Under the pieces are notes generated by a model. The model saw only the letters and a program-made list of their open reading frames with translations, was not told the DNA's origin and ran no database searches. A DNA stretch of 63,930 nucleotides, filler included, from Dugesia japonica (taxonomy: Eukaryota), in assembly GCA_001938525.1 (NCBI GenBank). It is 6 parts of 6 records of this genome, joined end to end, with 100 filler letters (N's around TTAATTAATTAA, not from the genome) between each part and the next. Parts side by side here need not be neighbours in the genome. Positions count along the whole stretch, not along the records: positions 22,889 to 31,261 come from MQRL01415972.1; positions 31,362 to 46,525 come from MQRL01205001.1; 4 more parts are not named here. The stretch is one strand, 5' to 3'. Positions within the stretch are counted from its first letter, which is position 1; each line of letters starts with the position of its first letter. Of the stretch, positions 24,700 through 38,275 are shown piece by piece. The translations under genes were made by a program, and so were the position numbers.

Positions 24700-27120
24700 A
24701 AAGTTGAACTTGAATGACTAGTTCTATACTTTCTATGCAGTTGTCTCTAATTTTCAATGATGACTCGTGTACTTATCATGATGATACATGTATATTCTAT
24801 GATGAAGTGTATATGTTTTGTGTTGAAATTATAATTTTCATGACAAAGTGATTATATTTGTGTTGAAATGTTTATTTTCAATAATGAATCTTATATTTTA
24901 TATGTTCACTTAGAAATTTTATGTATTGTTTTAGAATTTTATAAGATGAAATGTACTTTTAAACGTTGACTTAGATATTTCAATGTGATTAACTAGATAT
25001 TTAGTGTGATGAATTATAAGTTTCACTTGTTAGTTTGAACTTTTATCTGCTGACTTAAAAGTTTTTTTATTTTCTATGTAATCTTTGAATGTTATTGAAT
25101 GTCTCTGTGTAATTTATAAAACATTTTAATAGAAATATACAGTGTTTGAAATGTTTTATTGACTTGTGTGTATTTTTAAATAATTTTAATGACTTTTTTA
25201 TAACTTTAACATGATGAATTATAATTTTTATGTAATAGTTTAGAACTTTTATGTGACTACTTAGAATTTTACTGTGATTAAACGAAATTTTTGTGAGATA
25301 GAATTTCATTTAGTTTAATGTGTTACATTTCTGTGTGATGGATTGTAATTTAAGTGTGATAGATTATAATTTTTATGTGTTGGCTTAGAAATTTATTTGT
25401 TCAGTGTTAATTTTATGGATCAAATTAGACTTTGTGAGATAGGTTATACGTTTAATTTGTTGGTTTAAATTTTTATCTGCTGACTAAAAAATTTCATTAT
25501 TTTCTATGTTATTTTTGAATGTTATTGAATACCTCTGTGTAATTTATAAAACATTTTAATAAAAATATAGAATGTTTGAAATAATTTATTGACTTATATG
25601 TATTTTTAAATATTCTCAATTACTTCTATATAACTTTAGTACGATCAATTAAAATTTTTATGTACTGGTTTAGAAATTTTGTGTCACTACTTAGAATTTT
25701 ATTGTGATTGAATGAAAGTTTGTGAGATAGATTGTAACTTTAGTGTAATATGTTACAATTCTGTGTGATGGATTGTAATTTTAGTGTGATAGATTATAAA
25801 TCTATGTGTTGGCTTAGAAATTTGTTTGTTCAGTGTTATTTTATGAATTAGATTAGACTTTTGTGAGATAAATTATAATTTTAAAGCGTTGACTTAGAAA
25901 TTTCAATGTGATTATCTATATTTTAAGTGTTACAGATTATAAGTTTAACGTGTTGGTTAGAATTTTTATCTGTTGGCTAAGAAATTCTTTGTAACAAAAA
26001 TAGAAATCATGTGCTGAATTAGAATTTTATGCGTTGGCTTAGAATTTTTATGAGATGTCTAAAGATTTTGTGTGATTAAAATAATTTTAGTGCATGGATA
26101 ATAATTTTTATGTCTTGACTTACAATTTGTGTAATGAAATGTAATTTCATTGTGTTGAATTACAGTTTTAGTGTTATTGACTTAGAAATTTTATGCGTTA
26201 AAACTTAAAGTTTTACTTGTTGAGTGTTAATTTTTATGAGTTAGATTAGTCTTTTGTTAGATGGATTGAAATTTTTAAGCGTTGACTTACAAATTTCAAT
26301 GTCATGAACTACATTCTAGTGTGACAGATTATAAGTTTAACTTGTTGAATCAGAGATTTATGTGTTGACTAAGAAAGTTTTTGTGACAAAAGTAATTCTA
26401 GTGCCTGGATTATAATTTTAAAGTAATAACTTAAAACTTTCAATGTAGTGAACTATAGTTTTGTGTGATTGATTATAAATTTACCTGATTGGTTAGAACT
26501 TTTGTGTTGACTTAGCAATTTTATTGACTGCTTTGTAATTTATGAAACTTTTTAATAACTTTTATGTAATTTTTGAAACGTTTTCTTGACTTCAATGTAA
26601 TTTATGATCATTTCTCATGACTTCTATTTAATTTTAATAGAATGGATTATAATTTTATGTGATGAAATGTAATTTTTGTGTGTTGACTTAAAATCATTAC
26701 ATGTTGAGTGTTAATTTTTTTTGACCGAATGCAATTTGTTATGATGAATGATAATTTTAATGACTTCTATGTAATTTTTCAAGAGTTCAATTGACTTCTA
26801 GTGAATCTTTGAAAATTTTCATTGACTTCTATTTAATGTTTTGATAATTTTGAAAGTTATTGATTACTTCTATGTAATTTATGAAACTTTTTAATGATTT
26901 CTATGTAATCTTCATGTGTTCAGTTTTAATTTTCATGAGTTAAGTAAAGATTTTGTGTGATGGATCATAATTTGTGCAATGGATTATATCTTTATGCGTT
27001 GATTTAGAAATTTTCATGAGTTAACTTAGACATTTTGTGTGATTAAACGCAATTTTAATGTCAGGTATTAAAGTTTTTTATGTATTGGCTTTGAAACTTA
27101 TATGATTTAATGTAAAGTTT
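24700..27120. repeat. Degenerate T/G-rich satellite (GACTTAGAAATTTTATG-like short units) with a higher-order duplication of about 430 bp
   Basis: TTTATCTGCTGACT...GAATGTTATTGAAT...TGTGTAATTTATAAAACATTTTAAT at about 25042 and 25472; short motif repeated throughout. Confidence 0.8.
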
Positions 27121-28915
27121 ACAATAACCCTAAAGAATATGTATAAATCTATAAAACGTAGACATTTTGAACAATAAAACACTTATAAAACCAGAGAAAA
27201 TCCTTAACATTATATACACAAAGACTTAATTTTCCTATTATATTAGATGTTCCCCTGGACAATATTAATGTTAAGATTAATGTTAATGTTTACATTCCGG
27301 AGCCATTTTTATGTTTACATCCCCGGGCAATATTAATATTAATGTTAATGTTTAGATCCCCGGCCAATAATAATAAATTACTCAACAAATAACTAGATTA
27401 TACAAAAAATTACCTTTTTTCTCGGATACTTGCAAAAAATTGTGGGAAATTATTGTAAATTTTAGTCGGAAGGCAGCCAATGGAAAGACAAATCTGAACA
27501 AAAATTACTATAAAAAAGGCTTAAAAATATGCAGACTTACCCTTAACAATCTAGTCGATTTGTTACTACGATTCAACATTTGACAGAAACCAATTTGAAG
27601 AAACACGAGACCAAACGGTTCTAAAATTAAATTAATGCAATTCAATTTTCAAGAAAAACTTATGTGGAGAATTTTCAGAATCAATTCCAGCCAATAGGAC
27701 GCATAATTAACTCCTCGAATTTCTAAAATATCACATATAAAAAATTTAAATTAAAAATTTTCGCGTTCTTACCAAATTCCAAATTTGACAATCATCTGAC
27801 AGTTGGAATTTTCTTGATCAAAGTCGTCAACTTGAGGTGCAATTATCTGGAAGATAACAGATAATTACTTTTGAAATTTCCACATACTTACTCGGTAAGG
27901 ACATCAGTTCCGATCAGAAGTGGTTGTCATTTGAATCGACATTCCCAATAATTGCTTACAGAAATCTCTTATAAATACTCACTCTCCAGAGTATCCGATC
28001 AGACAGAAAATTTAAAAATGTTTTAATTCATTTCAATCGTTTGCAAGAAGATGCCGACAACATTTTAAGTCCTCAAAGAAGAATTACATAGAGTTACCGT
28101 CAGTCTCTCACAGTTATTCAATTCTCCAAGAAGATTTTAACCAATTTCAATAAGTCCGGATCCATCTCTCATCCATCTATTATTACTTGTGCTCCCTTAG
28201 TTGTTATTAATTCGAATTGTAAGATGTATTTTATTTGTTACTAGTTATTAAAAATTTAGTTTCAAAAAATAATTGTTTTTCTTTGGCTTATAAATTTAGA
28301 TAAGTAAAATAAAATTTTAATAGATTATAATTTAAATTTTGTTCAACTAGCTTTGGACTCTTAGAATAAAAATTTCTCCCTATTATATTGTAGGATATTG
28401 TAGGTATTATTATTATTACTATTATATTTATCATTATCATTAATTATTATTGTCATTATTGTTAGTATTGTTTTATCAGTACTGCTACTATTATCGTTAT
28501 GATTAATAATAGGATTATCGTGACTATTTTTACTATTATTTTTATGATTCCTACCCATATTCGTTATTATTGTTAATATTCTTCTTCTTCTTATTATTAT
28601 TATAGTTCGATTAGTACTCTTATTATAAATTAACATCAGTATCGGTACTGTTATGAATATTACGATCATTGTTGGCATTACCTTTATTATTTTTATTATC
28701 ATTAATATTATTAATATCATCAACATTATCGTTATTATTGTTATCTAAGGTGTTATTATCATTATTACTATTGTGGGGTTAGTACCAGTACCATCACTCT
28801 TATTATTAATTAGCAGAATGAGTAGGGTTATTAATTATATCGTTGTCATTCTCATAACTATATATTTATTTGATAATCTTATTATTATTCTTATTATGAT
28901 TAATAAATATTTTTC

Positions 28916-29510
28916 ATGCTTATTTGTACCACCTTTGAAGCCACCACAACTAATTGGTCAAGAGCCTGTCAAGCTCTTCAAGAAAAAATAGGAATGTTGC
29001 TATTCGAGATGACCCAACTCCGTCGCCAAAACATCGAGTATACCTGGAGGGACACAGTCCAGGTTATGAAAATATGGGAGCTGGAAGCCGAAGGTGAATG
29101 GCTCCGTACTGAGAACAAGCAATTGTGTGATGGGATACACAGTCGACCATCAACGTCCTCCTCAGTTTCTCTTCCCAGAAAAACACGCAAAATCTTCATA
29201 GACTTATCCGAAAATGATATGTTTGACAACTGAATTTTTGATTACTTTGTCAGCACAAACATTTACTACTGTATATTGTTATGTAAAATATTCTAATTAC
29301 GACTATTTACTTTCCTTCTTTACGACTACTATCGTCGACACCAAAAAATGAACCCAAACTACGCGCAGATGGTGCGCTCAATCACTCTTGACGTCGGGTA
29401 AGAGTCACTGGGGCTGCCATCAACATACTCTCAGGACGAGTATTTAAATCCTAGTTTGCGGCTTGCGTGTGATATACTTTTTGAGTCATATCACCCATGA
29501 CCCCAAAAAT
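28916..29510 (+). repeat. Dispersed repeat copy 2, with a 105-aa coiled-coil-like ORF and a second decayed ORF (MNPNYAQMVRS...)
   Basis: Homologous to 19800-20240. Confidence 0.8.
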
Positions 29511-32199
29511 TTCAAGGTCAAAGTGATATACTATCCTATGATCTGATTGAATGAAGTGTTTCAAGGTTATCCAGCCAGATTTCTCCGCGCAGATTTAATA
29601 TTTAAATTTCCCACGCGGACTTAATATTTTTTCTTTTAAAGTTTGAAAATTGTTTTTGTTTTAACTAATTAATTTTTATGATTGGTTTAAATTTACTAAT
29701 TTTTGATATTTTTATATAAATTAAGTGATTAAATGATTTTTATGGATATTATTTTTCATAGAAAATCGGTGGGAAAACTTATTTTGTTTCAATTTTCAAA
29801 TTTTGAAGTTAATTTCCCCCGAGCAATATTAAGATTAGATGCTTCTCAAACAATGTTAAAAATAATATATATAAAAACAAATGAAAAGTCTAATCAAATC
29901 GTACAATTTATTATTGATAAAACATGGAAATTCACAATCATTATGTACAGTTGTTTAAATCTGGATCTTCATTATAAATAAGATTTTAATAATACAAATT
30001 AATTAGTTTAAATAACAAAATAGATTACCTGTAAATGTGCTTCTTTTTATAATAATTAAGTTATATCATTAATTTAAATCATTAAGTTCAATAAAAATCA
30101 TTAAATTAAGTTAAAATTTGATAATATTATGAAAAGTTTAAATCATTTCAATAAAAATTGAAATGAGATTATAATTTAATTAAAATAAAATCATTAACTT
30201 AAAATTTAATCTTAATAAATCTAACCTCTTTCAACAATTCCTTTGTCATAAAATTCCTCAGATCCATCATTTATTTTTTCAGTCAAAAATATAAATCAAT
30301 AACAATAAATTAATTAATTAAACTTACCACGTTAAAACTTCTCATCATATTTGTTGAAATATTTTTCATTGAATTCACTCTGTTAATATCTAAAATTAAA
30401 AGGAAATCATTAGAATAAATTAAGAAATAAATATTCACTTATTTTATAATAGATTTTTCAAGGTCATCTACCACTTTATTTATTTAAATCAGTTAAACTA
30501 AAATTAATAAATAATTTACATATAATTATAATAATTAATTAACAATCATTTTTAATTTAATAAACTTAAACAAAAGTTAATTTAATGTTAATTTCAAATT
30601 TATTAATTAAAAACGTATTAATTAAAATCTTATAAACTTTAAAAACATTTTCAAACCAATGAAATCTTAAAGCTTTTTAAGAATATATAAAACTATATAG
30701 ATAACCTATAAAATCCCATAATATTCTAAACAAACCTTATTAAAAATTTGATTTATCGTGCATTTTCATTGTTTCTATTAGGGATATAATTAATTAACTA
30801 ATTAATTTAAATAATATATGTATTTATATTTGTGCCACATAATTCGCATCATAAACTATTTGGAAGATAATTAATATTCCATTTTATGTAAAAATAAGAA
30901 ATGGAAATTATTATATCATAATTTAACCCAGCGATACCCAAACATTTTAGGTCGCGAAACCCTTTGCAAAACTAATAATTCCAGAGGAACACATGTTTAT
31001 TTATATAAACCATAAGTTTGTGTATTTAAAAATATACATATTGTTGGGTTCGCTGACTCCACAAAGTTAAATTTAAGTGCGTCTACAGAATAGACGTAAA
31101 TAATCGATTACCCAACTTTGAAAAAATCTTTATCCACAGTAATACAAACTCGAAAATCCACAAGGTTTTATTTAAATAAAAATAAACCAATTATTAAAAG
31201 ATAAATCTTCGAACAATTTGGCAAATTTTTGCAAAATTACATTCGTTTATATTTGCTAATCNNNNNNNNNNNNNNNNNNNNNNNNNNNNNNNNNNNNNNN
31301 NNNNNTTAATTAATTAANNNNNNNNNNNNNNNNNNNNNNNNNNNNNNNNNNNNNNNNNNNNTTAATTTAATTTTTTTAATTGGTTTTTTATTTACCCTAT
31401 ATTTATTTGAATATGTATATTTGATAATTGTGAAAATAAAATTTCTGAAATGAATATTTGTGATTTGGAAAATAAATATTTAAAAATTTACCTAGCAATT
31501 ACAATTTGCTCTTCACTAAATTTTCAAGTTTTGGNTGCAAAAAAATCATGGATTTTTCAAGTGTCTGGCTGGTGCCCTTCCCGTTTCAAACACTGATTGT
31601 TATTCCTAAGGCTAAATAAGTAGAATCGACAAATAATTATTGTGAAAGTTCGAATGCAAATAAAGTTTCAAAGGACTTTATTCTTAGGCGAGACTAATTA
31701 ACATTGATAATAATTATTTGTGTTCCTCAATTAAATTAATAGTTATTGGAATAATAATAATAGTTTCAATTCAGTGAAATTGTTAGCATAAATCTGAATT
31801 GATTGTATCTCAAATATTCATCAACTTTAGAGAAATTTCGAGAACAAGACGGAGTAAATTTACTGAATTTTTAAGTAATTATTAGAATGCATAAAATTAT
31901 CTGATACTAAAATTACGTTGTATTACGTTGTTAAGAAAATAATGTTGTTTTAAACATTTTTTTAAAATTTAAATAAGTCATCCAAATAATATTTATCAAT
32001 TGAAATAACATCCATTGCAATCGACACATGTTTGCCAAAGGGAAATAAGTTAATTTATATCGATAGTATGCAATTACTGTGTCCTGGATTCAATATCTGA
32101 ATATCTGTCATCTTCAGATGCAGTATTAATCCTTTAAAAGTTCTTATAATAATTTCTGATAATGTAATCAATTATGCAATCTCTCCAATAAATCCAATT

Positions 32200-33790
32200 A
32201 ATTAAAAAACCTTCAATAAAGATTTGGAAAGACCAGTCTGAACATTCATTTTTAGATCAATTGATCTAATAATCACAACTTCATTCAACTCCTAATAATT
32301 TTTAAAGTTTCTGTACAAAATTTTAAAAGTATTCTGATAACTGATTTACAATTAATATTTTTTCCACTAAAATGACTTCTATTACTAACACGACGATGCA
32401 CCTAAATTCTTTAACAAAAATTATGATAAGTCTCTTCGATGTATGTAGCATTTCATGCATTATATTCATATTTATAAACAAGATCAAAATACAATTGAAT
32501 TGATATTTTAGACTTATTAATAAACATTTATGATTTTATAAGACTTAAAAAACTTGAAAATTCAGAGTCATTTCTTTACTCTTAAACTCACTCTTAAATT
32601 TTTTAAATCCTTCCGAATACGAAATAGTTAATATGTAACTAACCATATCTATCTTATCTGGATTTTGGATAATATTTTTATAATTTAAATTATCATTACC
32701 ATTATTAGTGATATCTTTAATTTCATTATTATTTTTATAATCGATCTTATCAATTGTTTCACGATTTAATTTCTCCACAATTGATTTTCAATAACCATTT
32801 TTATTTAGTAAAGAAATTAAACTTTGAATATTATCAAAAGACTTCAAATATAAAGAGGAAAGAGTTCACGATCTATACTACAGTTTTTTAATCATTTTTT
32901 ACTTGTAACAAGATTCACAAAAACTAACAGCAAATGTATACAAACATGTATCCATTAGTTTGTGATAAATCTCTGTTTCATAATTTTTAAATATTTTTTT
33001 ATTAATATGTCAAGGAAAGAAATTTTAGCTTCACATTTCATTTCTGTAGTGAATCTAATGTTTCTATGCAATGAATTTATATAGTTTAGGAATGGGTCAA
33101 TATCTATTTGGTTATTAAAAACCAGAAATATATCATCCTCATAGGGTTTATACACTAGTGGTTTATTTCCAATTAACAAATCAATCTTTTCCTCAATATT
33201 CGAAAGAAACAAAGAAGTTAAAGTAGTTGCAAGAGGAGAACCCGAAGCAACTCGATCCTCCTGTTTGTACAATTTATCAGTAAACAAAATATGTACATTG
33301 GACATTGCCAAACTCAAAAGCTCCCTAAAGGCAGTCGCACTTAACAAATTATGCTCAGTCAGATTTTTCTCCTATAATTCACAACAAAGTTTCCTATAAT
33401 GAAACATTTGTAAATAAACTAACAACGTAAAAAGATACCATGCATTCAGTACTACTAACAACTTCTGAGTTCGAAATAAAATTGCAAAAATCAAACCTAT
33501 CCTTGCATTCATATTTGGAGTCAATCAAAGGTTTCATTTTCTTATCTAAAAACTTAGCAAGNTTATACTGAGCTGTTTGAATCTTAAATAACACATGTGT
33601 CATAGGAACATTACTCTTTTGGACTTTAGGAAGACCATAAAACTTAGCTGGCTGTGAACCTTAGTAAACCTTATACAATCACTAATTAATTTTTTTAATA
33701 AATCATTCAAACTTTATAGTTAATAGTTGGCAAGTTACCATTTTCACGAAATTTATTAATTTTACAAAATTGAGTTCCTTTCAAAACTNN
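32200..33790 (-). mobile_element. Penelope-like retroelement pseudogene (RT plus C-terminal GIY-YIG endonuclease)
   Basis: PAKFYGLPKVQK, SFYVVSLFTNV, YKQEDRVASGSPL, YEDDIF, NSLHRNIRFTTE, ISFLDILI; degenerate GIY-YIG LVYKYEYNA*NATYIEET at about 32430-32490. Confidence 0.9.
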
Positions 33791-33999
33791 NNNNNNNNNN
33801 NNNNNNNNNNNNNNNNNNNNNNNNNNNNNNNNNNNNNNNNNNNNNNNNNNNNNNNNNNNNNNNNNNNNNNNNNNNNNNNATCAAATGCTAATGATTTATG
33901 CAATATGCCATATAATTATGTAATTATTTTTATTTTCCGGAAGTTTTAAAAAGTAAACAATTTTTATGGTAGCCTCTTTAGTTAACACTTTATATTTAC

Positions 34000-35079
34000 A
34001 GTATCCTCAAAAATAATTTTAAATAAAGAACAGCGAATTGAAATAATACTGAAGGCCGGTTCAGGAAGCAGTCGACATGTTACTTTGGAATTTATCAGGA
34101 AACATGGTATTGTGATAAAACTTCTAAGAAAATTTGAAAAAACTGGTAGTGCTATCAACAGAACGAGATCTGATCCAAGACGTACTGCCACTGATGATGA
34201 CACAACACGTACAATGCTTTCAGTGCTAACATGAAGTCCAACGAAAATTATACGATGGTTGTCAGCAGATAGAGTATTAGTTGCATTTTGATAACAAACG
34301 AATGGCATCCATACCAATCGCATATGGCGCATCATATGAATGAAGACTATCCGGATAGATGAATGAAATTCTGTGAATGGGTATTAGGCATAATGAAGGG
34401 TGATTCAAGTATGGGGAACAAGATTTTGTTCACTGATTAAGCAAATTTTTACATTAATGGAGAGGTTAATCAGCAAAACCTACGTTATTGGACAGATCAC
34501 TGGATCTGTCTGACGAGTTTGCAAGGTGTTCCTAAAGTGATGGTGTGGGTTGGAATATTGGATAAGATAATTATCGTACTATTTTTCGTTTGTGGAAATC
34601 TCAATATGTTACCAGAAGAGATTTTTCAATCCTTGCTAAACGAGAATAGTAACTTCTCAGCTTAGTTTCTGCATGCTGGAGCTTCATCTAATTATGGTGC
34701 TCAAGTACATCAATGGGTACATCAACAGCTTTCAGATGCTTGGATGGGTCGGCGTGGTCCTGTTTAATGGCCTCTCAGATCATCTGATCTCAGCCCATTA
34801 GATTTTTATCTTTGAGGCCATTTGGAAAACCATGGTGTATCATGAAAATATTCGAAACAGAAATCATCTCACAGAACGGATCACCGACACCATTACAAGC
34901 ATAGTTGCATCTGTGCTTACACGTGTTCTTCGGCAGTAAATAATGCACATTAAAATGTGTTTCCAGAACAATGGTTATATAAATGTTATAACATAAATAA
35001 ATGTTATATAAATAAAAATGGTTTTCCTTTCTTTTTTATATTTATTTTTCATATGTATGAACACTTATAAGATACCCTG
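34000..35079 (+). mobile_element. Tc1/mariner superfamily transposase pseudogene, DD41D (rosa/VS) type, with right end
   Basis: KFEKTGS, LFTD*ANFYINGEVNQQN, KVMVWVGI, WMGRRGPV*WPLRSSDLSPLDFYL. 41 residues lie between the second (mutated) and third Asp. Ends ...ATACCCTG|TA. Confidence 0.88.
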
Positions 35080-35303
35080 TATATAATGATTACTTTTAAT
35101 GAGCACTTTTAAAAAAGGATTAAATATTGTAACTGAAGATGACATAAATATTTTATTTTTTTAATTTTCGACAGTAATCATCAATATGAAATCTTTATTT
35201 TATGATCTTTTAATATGATAAGAAATAAATTCAAATGTTATCATGATTAATGTTAAGATGTAATTAATATTATATTATAATTGATATTATAATTAATATT
35301 AAG

Positions 35304-35463
35304 ATATTTACATGCAAAATCAATTATTCATCGTGATTTGAAATCAAGCAATATATTTCTACACGAAAAAGTAATAAAAATTGGTGATTTTGGTTTGTCG
35401 ACAGTTAAATGCTCATGGTCAAGAGATAATTTTCATCAGCCAACTGGATCAATTTTATGGATG
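35304..35463 (+). CDS. raf: Raf-family kinase exon (catalytic loop and activation segment)
   Basis: AG|[54 protein letters not shown]|GT; closely matches the Raf consensus. Absent from the ORF track. Confidence 0.93.
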
Positions 35464-35679
35464 GTATAATTTACATTTTTATAAATTTTATCTAATTAAT
35501 GTTTATTTTCTTATTTTGGTTAATTAAAGAAAATTCTAAAATGCTATTATTCCAAATATTAACATACAGAAAAAAATAATGCAGACTAGAGAATAATGAT
35601 TTATATAATGAGCACCCACCTTCGTGTAAATAAATAACCTAAGATATTTTTTTGAATTAATGCAGTTTATGAAAATAAT

Positions 35680-35815
35680 AGATTAATTTGCATTACGATT
35701 AACAACTGGTACGAGAAAACACTAACTTGCTTCTCTTCCGAAACCACAAAAAAACCATTTCTGATTACGTTTATGAATACAAGTTTCGTCAATTTCCACA
35801 ATATTGTTAATCCAT
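35680..35815 (-). mobile_element. Merlin (IS1595/ISXO2-like) DDE transposase fragment inside the Raf intron
   Basis: Manual translation NNIVEIDETCIHKRNQKWFFCGFGREAS*CFLVPVVNRNA matches the Merlin pattern IVEIDES...KR...WVFGG.ER....CF.VPV..R. Confidence 0.72.
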
Positions 35816-36419
35816 CCAATTGGGGTCCCTTCCTTCAGATAAAGAGTTCTAACTGTAGATCACCACCAATTGTCTTGGAAGTCTTAAGAACTTTTGACCT
35901 TATGACGGTCTAGGTCAAGAATGATCATCTGTGATACCTAGTTCCATGGTTCAGCACTTTTTTCTTCCTCCTTGACGTCTTTCTACGGCCNNNNNNNNNN
36001 NNNNNNNNNNNNNNNNNNNNNNNNNNNNNNNNNNNNNNNNNNNNNNNNNNNNNNNNNNNTTTCATTTTTGTTTTTTCCATTTATCAATTGTTTCTGTCTT
36101 TTTCTTTATCGTTTCTTAGCCTTCACTTTTATGTCAGAACCCTTCATGCTTGTCAAGCCATCCTTTTGTTTCATATTTGTAATTATATGTGTTTCTCTCA
36201 TCGTTGTTTTGTTTTATATGCTTATTTATCTACTTCTTTTGCTGTATACTTAAATTTCGCGCTTTTTTAAATTTTTTCGTTTTTTTCTTATTTTCTACAG
36301 CAACTTCGTATTTCATTTTTTATATTTCTTTCATTTCTTAATATTTCCTTTCTTTTTTGAAGAAGCCTATTTTTCCTTGGTCTCTTTGCGACTTTTTTAT
36401 ATATTTTTGGACCATAAAA

Positions 36420-36925
36420 CTGATGAAATGGATAACAATTTTGATGATTGAAATTTAATGTTTGGCAGCAACGGTAGTGTTAATTATACGTGAAAACGTA
36501 AAGATATCCTTGAATAAAATGCGTAAAATCATAAAAATTTTCAAGAAATCTGTGGTGCGAACTGAAATTTTGAACAAGCACGTAATGAACCAAGAAGGAA
36601 AAGTTAATACACTAATTCAAGATAATAAAATCTGCTGGAACATTCTTATAATGTTGGTAAGCGGCTTTTTAAAATTGCGTATTTGTCAATCTTGCTCTGG
36701 AAGAGCTTAATGCAGAAAAATTTCTGAATTAAAATATTGCTATCTTAACCTAGGTGGAAAGTGTTTTAGAACCTGTAATGTTAGCAGTTACGGAATTAAG
36801 CAAACAAAATTCCGATCTAATTACTGCTGAAGGAACAATCATTAAGATTTTCCAAAAATTAAACTAAGTAAACACACCACTGTCTACAAAATCTTTAGAA
36901 GCTCTAAACGTTGAAATATTTCCGT
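36420..36925 (+). mobile_element. hAT transposase fragment inside the Raf intron
   Basis: KMRKIIKIFKKS...LIQDNKICWN (compare LxxDxxTRWNS), then VLEPVMLAVTELSKQ. Confidence 0.68.
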
Positions 36926-37250
36926 TTATTAGCTGGTTTGCGCGAACCGGATGGAAAGTAGCACTGTTTATAGTCAATATATTTTCAAAATATGAATGCT
37001 TGAGGGTAAAAATTTTTCTACATTTTTTCGTTTTGATCAATAAGTGTTTTACATACATAGCTATTATAAATCAATAAAATGTTATATTTACTTGTTTTAT
37101 TATCCCTGAAAACCATCCAACACATTTTTAGATTAAAATATATAGTCACACACATTTTGATGTTTCCAAGAGAATACTTATTATTAATATTTGACCTTGC
37201 TTAAATTCATTTGAATTATAATTATTCAATTATTCTATTTAATTATTTAG

Positions 37251-37517
37251 GCTCCTGAAGTTATTAGAATGGATACAATCAATCCTTATACAGATAAATC
37301 AGATGTATATTCATTTGGAATTATAATATATGAAATAGTATCAATGAAATTGCCTTATCATCATATCAATAACAAAGAGCGCATTTTATTTATGGTTGGA
37401 AAAGGAGCTCTATTTCCAGATTTCAGCCTTATTAAAATAACTTTACCTCAACAATTTAAACATCTTATGATCGACTGTCTTCATTTTGATCGTGAATGTC
37501 GTCCAGGATTTACACAA
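37251..37517 (+). CDS. raf: Raf-family kinase exon (APE motif to C-lobe)
   Basis: TTTAG|APEVIRMDTINPYTDKSDVYSFGIIIYE...LPYHHINNKERILFMVGKG...RPGFTQ|GT; joins in phase 0 to the exon ending ILWM. Confidence 0.93.
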
Positions 37518-37881
37518 GTTATTTTTGATATATCTTGTATTATAAATGCTTTCACATTTTTACTTTAAAATAATTTTTGCAAAACTAATTTATAAATAGA
37601 TAGTTACAAAATCCATGCCAGAAAAGTCACTTTAAAGCACTGTTTCACATATTTTGCTTATAATTAATTTTAAGTTAATATATTCATTTTTTTATTATTC
37701 AACAAGAAAATTTTAAATTAAATTAATTGATAATTATTTTAGATTTCACACTATTACTAAATTGTTTATTTTTATGATTAAATTTTATCTGTTAGACACT
37801 CTAATTCTCTTTAAACTGACGTATATTTGAACAATAATTTTAAAAAATCAAAAAACAATGTCATTTTAAAGAATTCTTAAT

Positions 37882-37918
<37 letters not shown>

Positions 37919-37919
37919 T

Positions 37920-38275
37920 TAATAATTTATCGTTTTTGTAAATGTGAGTATGTTTTGAAAAGCGAGTTGAAATTTTTGTGTGGTTGGTGATCGTTTTTCT
38001 TAAAATCTTTTATTTAAAAAAATTTAAAATGTAGGTGGAAAATTTAAATGACGAATGAGTAATTTGTTTGAAATTTTAAATAACGTTTTAAAATTTGAAT
38101 GAAAAATTTAAAAAAATTTGAAAAGCGATCACCAATTAAAACATGGATTTTAATTTGTTTGAATAAACAAGTAGTGTTGGTTAAAGTTTTGTGTGAATAA
38201 ATATTCTATGGAATCGAGTTTTGATATTAATGATCCGATGAGTACTTCAACGTCATTTAACAGTAAACATATCTG
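37920..38275. repeat. Non-coding dispersed repeat (copy 1; copy 2 at about 62220-62570)
   Basis: Shared GTTTTGAAAAGCGAGTTGAAATTTT...GATCACCAA...GATATTAATG(A/C)TCCGATGAGTACTTCAA, with an internal inverted repeat. Confidence 0.85.

Noticed and set aside
28361-28991. Ile/Asn-rich ORFs
   Set aside because: Translations of degenerate (ATT)n low-complexity DNA.
32055-32122. CTGAAGATGACAG on the minus strand at the 3' end of the Penelope-like element, where such elements often carry minimal hammerheads
   Set aside because: The GAAA core and stems cannot be formed without assuming several mutations.
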